DNA from: Nitrosopumilus sp.
GTDB lineage: Archaea; Thermoproteota; Nitrososphaeria; Nitrososphaerales; Nitrosopumilaceae
Assembly: GCA_965214775.1 (NCBI GenBank)
Contig: OZ243974.1
Coordinates: forward strand, 2,144,001 to 2,208,000
DNA length: 64,000 nucleotides
Direction: 5' to 3'
In this document: positions 40,870 through 50,331 of the stretch, piece by piece
Numbering within the stretch: the first letter of the stretch is position 1
Layout of the letters: every line of letters begins with the position of its first letter
Notes under the pieces: generated by a model
What the model saw: the letters and a program-made list of their open reading frames with translations, nothing else
What the model was told of the DNA's origin: nothing
Databases searched by the model: none
Translations under genes and position numbers: made by a program

Positions 40870-41481
40870 TCAGCGCCTGTCTGCATCCCTGAGAAAGTCT
40901 GCCATATGCGTGTCTGCCATCAGCGCCGCGTTCTGGGGACCGATCTTACCATTCTTGTACAGATGTGTTGCGAGTCTTCTACGGGCGGACATCAGATCCT
41001 CGTATGCAGAGGATTGCTTATCGAACCCGGCCATGTATGGATAATAACGTAACACTATGTCCATGATATATGCCTCGGGCATCATGTCTACCGTCCCGAC
41101 AAGGTCGTTGATCCTCCAGACCTCCCATTTCTCGCAATCCTTCTTTACGATCTTGTGTGCCTTTTTCCCGTCCTCGGTAAGCTCGAACACGCCGGATCTT
41201 GCCCTTACTAGGCCCATGCGCGCAAGCTTCCTCCCCTCGGCCTTCATCTCCCCATCCTCTGCCTTGAAGGAGCGTATCCAGCCGGGTATCTTGGAGGCAT
41301 AAGGCTCATTGTCTGCATCTGAGGACAAGCCGAGCATGACATCGGCACTGCGACCCTCCATCAGATACCTGAGACCCAACATCATGTCGAACTCCTTCTC
41401 GCCTATGATCATCAGGGCGGTCCTCTCAGCCTCACTCATATCTATAGTCAGATCCATGTCCTCATCCTCCCCTGCCGTCAT
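40870..41481 (-). CDS. Hypothetical protein: wHTH-like (ELTEDG) with a UPF0175-like C-terminus, possible antitoxin/regulator
   Basis: GLV....FELTEDGK wing motif; LATHLYKNGKI...AA.MA....DF. Confidence 0.5.
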   Translation of the reverse strand: MTAGEDEDMDLTIDMSEAERTALMIIGEKEFDMMLGLRYLMEGRSADVMLGLSSDADNEPYASKIPGWIRSFKAEDGEMKAEGRKLARMGLVRARSGVFELTEDGKKAHKIVKKDCEKWEVWRINDLVGTVDMMPEAYIMDIVLRYYPYMAGFDKQSSAYEDLMSARRRLATHLYKNGKIGPQNAALMADTHMADFLRDADRR

Positions 41482-41690
41482 AACATTCCGTTGGCTGCAA
41501 TACTACATTAATGATTTTGTGATGCCAGATGATCCCGTGATGTCACCCACTCCCCTCAGATGTCACTGCCTGCTGCTGCTCAAACAAAGAAATCCTCATA
41601 CCGATCCTTGGAGCATCTAGGTACATACGTTTTGTGATCAAGTCACCACCATCTCCTCCACCGTCGTCTCCTCCTCCTCATGCAGGTCAT

Positions 41691-42596
41691 TCACTCATTC
41701 TCCTCGACATCTGCCAGGAACGCCTTTATGCCCTCCCTTGATGCGTTTTGATATACTTTCTCCATGGCACCGATAAAATCCTCCCCGCCCCTCCAGAGGG
41801 GAAACCTTCCAAGCTGTTTGGGAAGGACTGCGTGCACCTTTGGCACGAACGCGTCACCCGGATCGCATGCCTCAAGATTCCTACCCCAAAAGACGTCCGG
41901 GTTTGCAGGAAGTGGCTCGGCAGCTGGCCCGTCGCGTGCGGTTTTCTTCTTCTGCCTGATCTTCTGTCCTGTCTTGGGCTTTGCCTTGATCTCTGTCCCT
42001 ACCTTTGCCTGTAAATACCGGATGCCTGCCATTTTGAGCATCTCTTCCCTCCCAGATCCGCGCAGCCTGAATATCAGGAACGGATCGCGCTCGAACTCCT
42101 CGGCGAGTAGAAAGTATACGGCCATCGTGTGCTTGCACGGATTGGACCAGTCCGGACACGTGCAGTCCGTATCCATCTCGGATTCTGCCGGAAAGAGGCT
42201 CAGACCTGCCTTTTTGAACGCCTTTTCAATGTCTTCGGGCATCCTGCCGGCAAGGAGCCCGGCGGTGATATCTGGTCTTCCGCGCATGATCTTTGCAAGT
42301 CTACTCCACCCGGATCTGTCTATGGTGTTGATCCGTATCTCCACCTCGTAGGGCCGACGTCTTGATCCTTGCACCGACGCGCTTGCCGCGCCGCCGCGTA
42401 TGTCAAGGGATCTGACCTGGCCGTTGCGCGCATACGATCTGGCGCGCGACACCCTGCCTTCGCCAGCATCCGAGGTGTCCAGCGTCTTCATCCAGCGCTC
42501 CGTCCACCAGCTCTGCGACGTCCTGCGTCGACCCGACTGTGATTTTATGCCGCCCTTGACCCTGATGGGAGGAGTATAGTCGTAAAAATATGTCAT
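41691..42596 (-). CDS. SWIM zinc-finger protein (YwqB-like)
   Basis: R..RARSYARNGQV, VQGSR..PY.V, CTCPDWSNPCKH, DPFLIF.LRG; ATGA overlap with the SNF2 stop. Confidence 0.9.
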   Translation of the reverse strand: MTYFYDYTPPIRVKGGIKSQSGRRRTSQSWWTERWMKTLDTSDAGEGRVSRARSYARNGQVRSLDIRGGAASASVQGSRRRPYEVEIRINTIDRSGWSRLAKIMRGRPDITAGLLAGRMPEDIEKAFKKAGLSLFPAESEMDTDCTCPDWSNPCKHTMAVYFLLAEEFERDPFLIFRLRGSGREEMLKMAGIRYLQAKVGTEIKAKPKTGQKIRQKKKTARDGPAAEPLPANPDVFWGRNLEACDPGDAFVPKVHAVLPKQLGRFPLWRGGEDFIGAMEKVYQNASREGIKAFLADVEENE

Positions 42597-45500
42597 ATGC
42601 GTACTGCCTCCCTGCTCAGCGACAGCACCTTGCGAATGTCTGCATCGGACAGCTTTGTAAGCCAGCCCTCGCCTGTACCGACGACCTCGTCTGATATCTC
42701 TTGCTTTTGGCGTATTATCTCGTCTATCTTCTCCTCCAGCGTGCCGGAGCATATCATCTTGCGCACCTGTACGTTGCGCTTTTGTCCTATGCGGAATGCC
42801 CTGTCTGTTGCCTGGTTCTCGACGGCTGGATTCCACCACCTGTCAAAGTGGAACACGTGGCTTGCCGCCGTCAGATTGAGTCCAGTACCTCCTGCCTTGA
42901 GCGACACCACGAACACCGGGGCACCGCCCTCCTGAAACCGATCCACCATGGTGCTCCGCTGCCTTCTGGGTACGCTGCCATGCAAGAACAGCACCTCGCG
43001 GCCCGAGGTCTCGCGTATGTGTCGCTGCAGGATCTTGCCCATCTCGACGAACTGGGTGAACACGAGTGCCTGCTCGCCGGACTCTATTATCTCTCCTAAC
43101 ATCTCTGTAAGTCTTGCAAGCTTGCCGGACCTGTCCGGTATGGGTGAGCCGTCCTTGAGCAGGTGCGCCGGATGGTTGCAGACCTGCTTTAGCTTTGCCA
43201 GCGTGGCCAGTATCAGACCCTTGCGCTCTATGCCTTCGGCAGACTTTAGCTTGTCCTCCAGATCCTCCAGCACTGCGGCATACAGGGATGCCTGCTCGCG
43301 CGTCAGCGAACAGTATACGTTGGACTCCATCTTTTCTGGAAGATCCGATATTACCGACCTGTCTGTCTTGAGCCTGCGCAACATGAGGGGGGATACTATC
43401 TTCTTGAGCGCACTGGCTGCCTCCTCGTCCCTCCTGATTTGTATGGGTATGAAGAATCCGCGCTTGAACTCGGCCTGGGTACCAAGCAGGCCGGGGTTGA
43501 GGAATTCCATTATGGACCAGAGGTCGCCGACGCTGTTCTCGACGGGGGTACCTGTCAGCGCAAAACGAAACCCCGCCTTCAAAGTCTTGACTGCACGCGC
43601 CTGCCGTGTATCGGGATTCTTTATGTTCTGTGCCTCGTCCAGCACGACGCCTCCCCATCTGACCCTCCTGACTGACTCGATGTCGCGCTGTATCAGCCCG
43701 TAGCTGGAGACTATCAGGTCATGTTTTTTGACCTCCCTTGCAAGCGCAGCGCCCTTCTTGCGGCGCGCGCCGTGGTGGATCATGACAGACAGCTCCGGGG
43801 CGAATCGGGAGGACTCCTTCTTCCAGTTGTCCATGACTGACGTAGGGCATACTAGGAGGACAGGCGGCTTCCTGCAGTTGGATCTGTACTGCAGAACCAG
43901 CGCGAGTACCTGGATGGTCTTTCCTAGACCCATGTCGTCTGCCAGGCACCCTCCAATGCCGATCTCGTGTAGGAACGACAACCACGAGTAGCCGCGGATC
44001 TGATACGGACGCAGCTCTCCTTTGAACCCTGCAGGCTGCGGCAGTTCCTCCATTGATGTGTCCCCTCTGAGCCTGTCGAGTATCTTGGAGATCCGTACAT
44101 CCCCGCTGTACACCTGTAATTCCATGCCCTCTGGCACCGAACCTGCACCGATCCCCATCATGAGCGCGTCGCGTACCGTTGCCGTCTTGTTGTTCGTAAC
44201 AAACTCTATGGCCCGCCGGATGTCGTCGGATCCTGTGTCTATCCACTGGCCGCGGACGCTGACTAGGGGAACCTTTGTTCTGGCAAGGCTGCGCAGCTCC
44301 TTGAATGTGATCTCCTGGTTTCCGACGGCTAGCTTCCAGTCGAACCTGACGACGGATGCCGTGTCCAGCATGCCTTTGGCCTGCATCTTCGGCTTGGCAT
44401 CTGCGCGCGCCGAGAGCCTTGCCTTGGGACGACCGCCGACCCACCACGAGGGCAGCATGACACCGTATCCGAGCTGCTCCAGGATGGGTGCCTCCTCGCG
44501 CAGGAATCTGTATGCTCCGGCTGTGTCTGACAGGTATCCGCCTGTCATCCCTTCCGTCTGACCCCCGGAGGATCCGGTGACAATCTCGGTGACCTGGCCC
44601 ATGGATTTCAGCAGGAATTCCCTTGCCTTGTCGGCATTCCTGTACAGTCCGGTAATGCCTGACTTTTTCTTCCATACCCTGTCTGCCGGGACGATGAGGC
44701 TAGGATCTGTGCGGGACTGTATCATATATCTGACAAACCACTGCTTGGAACCCCTTGCACCATCTTCTGGCTCCTCGAGTCGGAGACAGAACTTTAGCGA
44801 CGGATCGGCCAGCGCCGTCATCGCCTGGCGCCATTCTGCAATGCCCGTGATGAGGGCCTCGGCGTCTTCCTCGGATGTCTTGATCGTGCCGTCCTTGTTT
44901 CTCAGACCGTGGAGCCACTCGTCGTGTATGCTGTCAAACCTCATTGATCCCATGCGTCCTGCTGGTGCGGCAGTCGACGCAGACACCATGTCGTCAACCA
45001 TGGTCTCGACGACTGCACCTAGGATCTCCAGCGGCGCGTCCTTGGGTCTGGCTCCTACGTCGCGGTCAAGCGCGCGGGCCGCACCTGGCATGAGTCCTGC
45101 CAGGGCGGTGAGTCGTTCATGATCCCTTCCTGCAAACACCGGCCTCCACACGGATTTGTAGTGATCATGGTGCTGTGTAAGATCCGGCAGGAATCGCTGG
45201 CGCGCCACAATCGATCCCGCAAAGCGCAGGATGTCTGCCCAGTATGCCAGATCTGCGCCGACGATCATGCCTGCCACGGTGCCCCTGTTCTGTGCCACCT
45301 CGGAGAGTATCCTCCTGATATCCCTCCCGGAGATCTGCACTGTCTCGACTATCCATCGCACAAGGCTGATTCTTCCCGTCCCGGGCTGTCCTGCGGCACC
45401 GTAGGAAGGAACCGGCATGCCGCCCCTGCTTGGAAGCCATGCACCGGCACCGGAGTGGCGTGTTACGCTTTTTGTATCGTGCAATCCGAGCGCATCCATG

Positions 45501-45661
45501 ATCTCCTTTGCTGTTGCCGCGCTAGGGTGCGTGTCACTGCCAGTCCTCCCAGGCTTGTGTGCTGTGCCGTTGACAGATGACTCTGCCCACAGCTCCAGCG
45601 AGCCGCCAATTGCGGCCGCATGAAGAACCATCATATCGAATCGTGTCACGGCCAGACTCAT
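42593..45661 (-). CDS. SNF2/SWI2-family ATPase (YwqA/SSO1653-like)
   Basis: LRPYQ, LADDMGLGKT, LDEAQNIKN, LTGTPVEN, SGKL, GGTGLNLT, WWNPAVENQATDRAFRIGQ. Confidence 0.95.
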   Translation of the reverse strand: MSLAVTRFDMMVLHAAAIGGSLELWAESSVNGTAHKPGRTGSDTHPSAATAKEIMDALGLHDTKSVTRHSGAGAWLPSRGGMPVPSYGAAGQPGTGRISLVRWIVETVQISGRDIRRILSEVAQNRGTVAGMIVGADLAYWADILRFAGSIVARQRFLPDLTQHHDHYKSVWRPVFAGRDHERLTALAGLMPGAARALDRDVGARPKDAPLEILGAVVETMVDDMVSASTAAPAGRMGSMRFDSIHDEWLHGLRNKDGTIKTSEEDAEALITGIAEWRQAMTALADPSLKFCLRLEEPEDGARGSKQWFVRYMIQSRTDPSLIVPADRVWKKKSGITGLYRNADKAREFLLKSMGQVTEIVTGSSGGQTEGMTGGYLSDTAGAYRFLREEAPILEQLGYGVMLPSWWVGGRPKARLSARADAKPKMQAKGMLDTASVVRFDWKLAVGNQEITFKELRSLARTKVPLVSVRGQWIDTGSDDIRRAIEFVTNNKTATVRDALMMGIGAGSVPEGMELQVYSGDVRISKILDRLRGDTSMEELPQPAGFKGELRPYQIRGYSWLSFLHEIGIGGCLADDMGLGKTIQVLALVLQYRSNCRKPPVLLVCPTSVMDNWKKESSRFAPELSVMIHHGARRKKGAALAREVKKHDLIVSSYGLIQRDIESVRRVRWGGVVLDEAQNIKNPDTRQARAVKTLKAGFRFALTGTPVENSVGDLWSIMEFLNPGLLGTQAEFKRGFFIPIQIRRDEEAASALKKIVSPLMLRRLKTDRSVISDLPEKMESNVYCSLTREQASLYAAVLEDLEDKLKSAEGIERKGLILATLAKLKQVCNHPAHLLKDGSPIPDRSGKLARLTEMLGEIIESGEQALVFTQFVEMGKILQRHIRETSGREVLFLHGSVPRRQRSTMVDRFQEGGAPVFVVSLKAGGTGLNLTAASHVFHFDRWWNPAVENQATDRAFRIGQKRNVQVRKMICSGTLEEKIDEIIRQKQEISDEVVGTGEGWLTKLSDADIRKVLSLSREAVRI

Positions 45662-45727
45662 AAATATAATGCTGATCGCCTGAGCTGGTTCGAAACTAGC
45701 GAATTTTGATCAAACGTGTTGGACACT

Positions 45728-45827
45728 GCGCGGCGCCACGCGATACCGCCTGTCTATCTTCCTGTTTGGCATGCATGATCTGCTTTCAAAGACAATATTT
45801 TGATCCAGACAATTACACATAAGGTCT
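45728..45827 (+). mobile_element. Degenerate right end of an IS5/ISL2-type element
   Basis: CAATTACACATAAGGTCT terminus and GCGGCGCCAC.CGAT.CCGC shared with about 33571-33744. Confidence 0.55.
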
Positions 45828-45871
45828 AGCAATGATCACAGTAACAATAACAACATACAAAATATGAAAAA

Positions 45872-46357
45872 TTATACGCGTTCAGATAACCTGCATTCAA
45901 CTTTTAATGATTTTGCAGTAGTAAAAAAAGTAACCACCAAAATTGCAATTGCCACAATTCTGATTGGCAGTTCATAGTTTGTCAAAAATGCAGTGGCAGT
46001 TGCACCAACAGAGCCAAATGTCGAAATCACTGCAAACCCTACAGGCCCACAACTACACGCACCGGCAGCTGCGCCAATTATCGAACCAAAAATCCCTCCA
46101 CCAATCTTTTGTTTGGATGATTTTAAAACATTGATTCTGAAAATGTTCATTGGCACGACTAGGGCAGATAATGCAGAAAGAATGACAATTAAAACGAATC
46201 CCAGCTCGGTTCCTTTTGGCAAATGACCCACAACATACGGTTCCAGGAATATGTATTCAGAAAGCAGCAGCAGGCCAATTAGCATTGGAACAAATATGAT
46301 TGCAGACAGCCCAACGTACTTGTAATTTGAAAACACTAGTTTGACTGGTTGTGCCAT
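45872..46357 (-). CDS. Membrane protein with a CSC motif, downstream of dsbA
   Basis: Several TM helices, GACSCGP. Confidence 0.7.
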   Translation of the reverse strand: MAQPVKLVFSNYKYVGLSAIIFVPMLIGLLLLSEYIFLEPYVVGHLPKGTELGFVLIVILSALSALVVPMNIFRINVLKSSKQKIGGGIFGSIIGAAAGACSCGPVGFAVISTFGSVGATATAFLTNYELPIRIVAIAILVVTFFTTAKSLKVECRLSERV

Positions 46358-47023
46358 CTAAATCATGGAATCGATGACTTTTTGAAAAGTTGAATATGGA
46401 TGGGCGCCTTTGATAAACTGCTGAGTATCGGGGCCGACAACAAAGAAACCGGGAGTACTGTTGATTCCATTTTCTTTTGCCTGCCGCATGTTGTATTGAA
46501 TGCGTTCAGAGTACTTGCCAGAGTCAAGACAGCTGTTAAACAATCCCATATTCAATCCAAGTGCAAATGCAAATGCCCTTAGACGTTCAGTGTTTGCCCA
46601 TCCGCCATCAATTTTTGACTCCTGAGATTCGTATAGCATGTTATGGTATTCCCAATACATGCCTTGATCCTCTGCACAATAAGATGCCTGGGCAGCCTTG
46701 ACGGAGTCACGGCCTAGAAATGCCATATCCACAAAAATCAGGTTTACTTTGCCCGTATCAATGTAATCGCGCTCAATGAGGGGTTTTGTTTCATGAAACC
46801 ATTTTTCACAGAAATGACATTGATAATCGCCGAATTCCACAATGGTGACGGGTGATTCAGGATCTCCCAGAATGGGCGAACCCATGGCCGTAGATATTGA
46901 TCCATGATTTCTCTCCATGTCCAAGTTTACGGTTTCGGCAGAAAATGATGAAAAAGACGATGCTGCAATTCCGGCAATAACTGCTATTGCGACAACCACG
47001 ACGATCACTCCTTTTTTGTTCAC
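46358..47023 (-). CDS. DsbA-family thiol-disulfide oxidoreductase
   Basis: EFGDYQCHFC, STPGFF, GAHPY; N-terminal anchor. Confidence 0.9.
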   Translation of the reverse strand: MNKKGVIVVVVAIAVIAGIAASSFSSFSAETVNLDMERNHGSISTAMGSPILGDPESPVTIVEFGDYQCHFCEKWFHETKPLIERDYIDTGKVNLIFVDMAFLGRDSVKAAQASYCAEDQGMYWEYHNMLYESQESKIDGGWANTERLRAFAFALGLNMGLFNSCLDSGKYSERIQYNMRQAKENGINSTPGFFVVGPDTQQFIKGAHPYSTFQKVIDSMI

Positions 47024-47056
47024 TAATCAATTAGGTGAAAGTTGGTTAAAAAAACC

Positions 47057-47254
47057 TTATTCCAAATCATTTGAGAATTTGCGTCTAAATAGGTTGGCAA
47101 GTTTTGAGATGGCAGTATCAATTGGGCAGACTTCGCATGATGCATTTGAGGAATGCCTGTCAAGATGCTCTTCGAATTCTTCTCTAGAATCAAAAACAAG
47201 ATCACATTTTTCACAATAAACCTTGGTTACGTTCTTTTTGATGGATCTTTTCAC
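47057..47254 (-). CDS. Small C2H2 zinc-finger protein
   Basis: CEKC..F.....EEHLDRH, CEVCPID. Confidence 0.75.
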   Translation of the reverse strand: MKRSIKKNVTKVYCEKCDLVFDSREEFEEHLDRHSSNASCEVCPIDTAISKLANLFRRKFSNDLE

Positions 47255-47297
47255 ATCTTAATTCTAAACTTGGCGCTTATAAAGATCCTGTTGAGAA

Positions 47298-47440
47298 TAG
47301 TTTGTTGCATAACTTCCTTTTTCGTCAAAAAACTCCTGATTTCGATCACAAATAGATCCAAACCAACTGTGGTTTTTATCTGGATTTGTCATTTGGGGCA
47401 AATTCGAGCAAAAAAAAAAATCGAGTTATGCAACAAACTA
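47298..47440. mobile_element. MITE (family E; IS903-like ends)
   Basis: TIR TAGTTTGTTGCATAACT matching the end at 25914; degenerate 8-bp TSD GTTGAGAA/GCTGGGAA. Confidence 0.8.
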
Positions 47441-48107
47441 GCTGGGAATCTCCATATGGGAAAAATTTTGGACAGGACACCGGATTTTTTTTGTACTTGT
47501 ATTTCGCATTTATCGCGGTTTAGTACAAAATATCGTGTAAAACCAAACGATTATTTTGCATTTTTGTCGGTGCAAGTCAAGTTCCTCGACTCATCTTTTA
47601 CACCTGCAGGGATGTCCGATGACCTCCTTCCAGTTTGCAATCCTGCAGCGGCGGCCCCCGGAGAGCTGATTCAAAATTGGCAGAACTTGATCACACATAA
47701 ACGAATTTGCATGCATTAAATCAATTAAAATGCCCACAGATGACACGCCATCTGTAAAATTGCTTGACAAATGTACAGAAAGATCACGGACATTTGCAGT
47801 TTCTAACCTTGGATCATCTGCTGCGCAGAATCGTACATTGCTGAGAATAAATTTCTGGGGGGAGGATCATCGACCGTCTGTAGGAATGCCTGATCATGAA
47901 ACATACCATCCAAGAACTTTTCCTTGCAAGTATGATTCGCGATGTATTGGAAGACAGATCAGAACAAAGGATTTGAGAGCGGAATTCAAAGCAAGATGTT
48001 ACAAGAATCTAATCTCACAATACCAAAAGCGGTTTCCTCGGCAGTTTTTCAGTAACATCCAAGTTTCCAAAAATTAAAAGAAAGCCAATGTTTGGAATCT
48101 CAAAGAC

Positions 48108-48488
48108 CTAAAAATAATGAATTTTCATGTGGGCATCCAGTTCAATTTGGTATTGTGTGACAAACCCGCAGTGAGCACAGGAAAACATGCCCTGTGGCGG
48201 CGACCGAGCGTCTCGCTCGATGGTTTTCCCAGAGATTGACTGGATGGCAATCACTTTATTTCTTGAAATCACGGCAAAATTGTGCCCCTCACCGATAGAA
48301 TCCAGGAATTCTTTGATTGAAGAGATCACTACAGAAGTATCAATTGCTTCATCATCGTCCTCATCATCTAATGTTGACAAAGTAAACTGGTGATTTTTCA
48401 AAGTAGGAATTGCCGCTACTTGATCAGAAACATACACAAGTAATTCACTCTGAATTGCCTGTACATCCTTACAATCAACTGTAAGCAT
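48108..48488 (-). CDS. Protein with a C-terminal C2H2 zinc finger
   Basis: FSCAHCGF.......HMKIHY. Confidence 0.75.
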   Translation of the reverse strand: MLTVDCKDVQAIQSELLVYVSDQVAAIPTLKNHQFTLSTLDDEDDDEAIDTSVVISSIKEFLDSIGEGHNFAVISRNKVIAIQSISGKTIERDARSPPQGMFSCAHCGFVTQYQIELDAHMKIHYF

Positions 48489-48568
48489 GGTTTCTCCAAG
48501 TCACTTGGATATTTTAGTTTAACAGGGTTTAAAAATAATCGCTGAGCATCAATTGATGAATTTATCAT

Positions 48569-48955
48569 ATGAGGGATTCTGAAACGTTTGGCATCGAAAA
48601 AGGCCGGGGAGAAGAGGTGGTTGCCTGGTTGAACGAGCAAGCAAAATCACAGAAGATCAAGCTTGAGGCAAGACTGTACGGATATTCGGTATCTACAAAA
48701 AATTTCGGGGATTTTGAAATGTTTTCATGGATGGGAGACGTCCAAGTTGCAAGAAAACTAGTCATTAAAGCCAGCAAGCGATTCAAGATTAGAATTATAG
48801 AGGGAGGATACAAGTCAAAAGACAAGATATTCAAAATGAAAAAAACTGATTTTGCAAAAGTCAAGAAAGGCAGCAAAACTATTGGGTTAATAGAATTTGC
48901 AGCCTCAAGACTTGGGACAGGCCAATGGGAGATACAAAATGAAGAGCGGCACTAG
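48569..48955 (+). CDS. Conserved hypothetical protein
   Basis: Backbone codon usage; adjacent and co-oriented with the next gene. Confidence 0.7.
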   Translation: MRDSETFGIEKGRGEEVVAWLNEQAKSQKIKLEARLYGYSVSTKNFGDFEMFSWMGDVQVARKLVIKASKRFKIRIIEGGYKSKDKIFKMKKTDFAKVKKGSKTIGLIEFAASRLGTGQWEIQNEERH

Positions 48956-48967
48956 GGGGGGATTCGA

Positions 48968-49837
48968 TTGCAAGTCGGGATAATCGGACTGGGCATGCTG
49001 GGAAACGCAGTGGCATCACATCTTTTGGATTCGGGAATAAAAGTCAACGTGTTTAACCGGACAAGCGACAAAGCCGCCAAAGTCCGGAAAAAAGGAGCAA
49101 ACGTGTTTGAATCGCCTAAAAAAGTCGCTCAAAAATCAGATCTGGTCATCATGGTAGTAAAGGATGCCAAGGCCGTCAAAGAAGTATCGTTTGGCAAGGA
49201 GGGAATCATCAAAGGAAAACACAGTAATCTGATTGTGGCAGATATGAGCACGATTAATCCGACTGAATCCAAAAAAATCACTCAAAAATTTCTGGAAGAA
49301 TCGATACAAAAATTGGACATTCCTGTCATGGGCGGGCCAAACGTGGCCATAACGGGAGACCTGGTCATGATGGGTTCCGGAGACAGAGATTCCTTTGAGG
49401 AATGCACCCCGATTTTTCAAAGGATTGCAAACAAGATATTCTATATAGGAGGTAGCGGTGCGGCACATTCTGTAAAACTTGCAATGAATTTACAAATTAC
49501 AATGCTGGCATTATCGCTTTCAGAGGGTATCCTGTTGGTAAAATCCTCAAACGTAGATCCGAAAATTTTCCTGGAAATTCTGAACTCCACCTATTTCAAA
49601 ACAGGAATGAGTGAAAAAAAGGCATTCAAAATGATTGACGGAAAATACGATGCCACGTTTACCCTGGCCAATCTAAAAAAGGACATCAGCACAATGACTG
49701 GAACTGCAAAAGAACTAGGAATCAGACTTCCGATGATTGAAAAAGCCGAAGAAGTGTATGCGGATGCGATTCGTAAGGGACTGGCAGACATGGATTATAC
49801 GGGAATTATCGAATATATCAGAAAGATTAACAAATAA
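48968..49837 (+). CDS. NAD(P)-dependent beta-hydroxyacid dehydrogenase (3-hydroxyisobutyrate/6PGD family)
   Basis: GIIGLGMLG, FNRT, DMST, D.PVMGG, KLAMN, KD. Confidence 0.9.
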   Translation: MQVGIIGLGMLGNAVASHLLDSGIKVNVFNRTSDKAAKVRKKGANVFESPKKVAQKSDLVIMVVKDAKAVKEVSFGKEGIIKGKHSNLIVADMSTINPTESKKITQKFLEESIQKLDIPVMGGPNVAITGDLVMMGSGDRDSFEECTPIFQRIANKIFYIGGSGAAHSVKLAMNLQITMLALSLSEGILLVKSSNVDPKIFLEILNSTYFKTGMSEKKAFKMIDGKYDATFTLANLKKDISTMTGTAKELGIRLPMIEKAEEVYADAIRKGLADMDYTGIIEYIRKINK

Positions 49838-49860
49838 CTGCAAGAAGATCTCAAGTCAAC

Positions 49861-49971
49861 TCATGCAGATTTTTTCTTCTTTACTGCCATATAACTAAAT
49901 CCAGTTATCAGCATGATGACTCCTGTAATTCCTGCCCATACCGCAAAAGAATGAACCGAGGCCTCGTCCAT
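49861..49971 (-). CDS. 36-aa single-TM small protein (not in the ORF track)
   Basis: MDEASVHSFAVWAGITGVIMLITGFSYMAVKKKKSA. Confidence 0.5.
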   Translation of the reverse strand: MDEASVHSFAVWAGITGVIMLITGFSYMAVKKKKSA

Positions 49972-50069
49972 ACTTGGGATGGGATTGTAAAACATCTAAA
50001 GTTTTGTATCTAAAAAACACATTGTAAAAACTCTGAAACATCTAAATACATTTGATGCTGACACATTTT

Positions 50070-50279
50070 GTGCCTGAATGGACGTGCCCCGAATGCGGAA
50101 AGCGCTTGTTTCATGAAAACGAGACCACGTTGGAAGTACAAAAGACAATCCATTCCAAATTCTGCAGAAAGAAAGAGGGGGAAACCCACAGCTACATGCA
50201 CAGGGATCCACAGCATATGCAGACATTTGATCCGGAAAGAGAAAACGACTCTACAGGAGCTCCAATTTTAAAGCAATAA
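50070..50279 (+). CDS. Small Zn-finger-like protein
   Basis: WTCPECGK....H..FC. Confidence 0.55.
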   Translation: MPEWTCPECGKRLFHENETTLEVQKTIHSKFCRKKEGETHSYMHRDPQHMQTFDPERENDSTGAPILKQ

Positions 50280-50331
50280 CACGTACCACGTATCCTCAAA
50301 ATTATATCCTAGTTGCGCAGATTGGAATCAG

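Noticed and set aside
42597-45623. Many overlapping ORFs within SNF2 and the transposases
   Set aside because: Expected shadow ORFs in GC-rich coding DNA
30424-45827. 15-kb composite transposon between two IS5-type ends
   Set aside because: Flanks differ (AAT vs AGC) and the interval contains core genes
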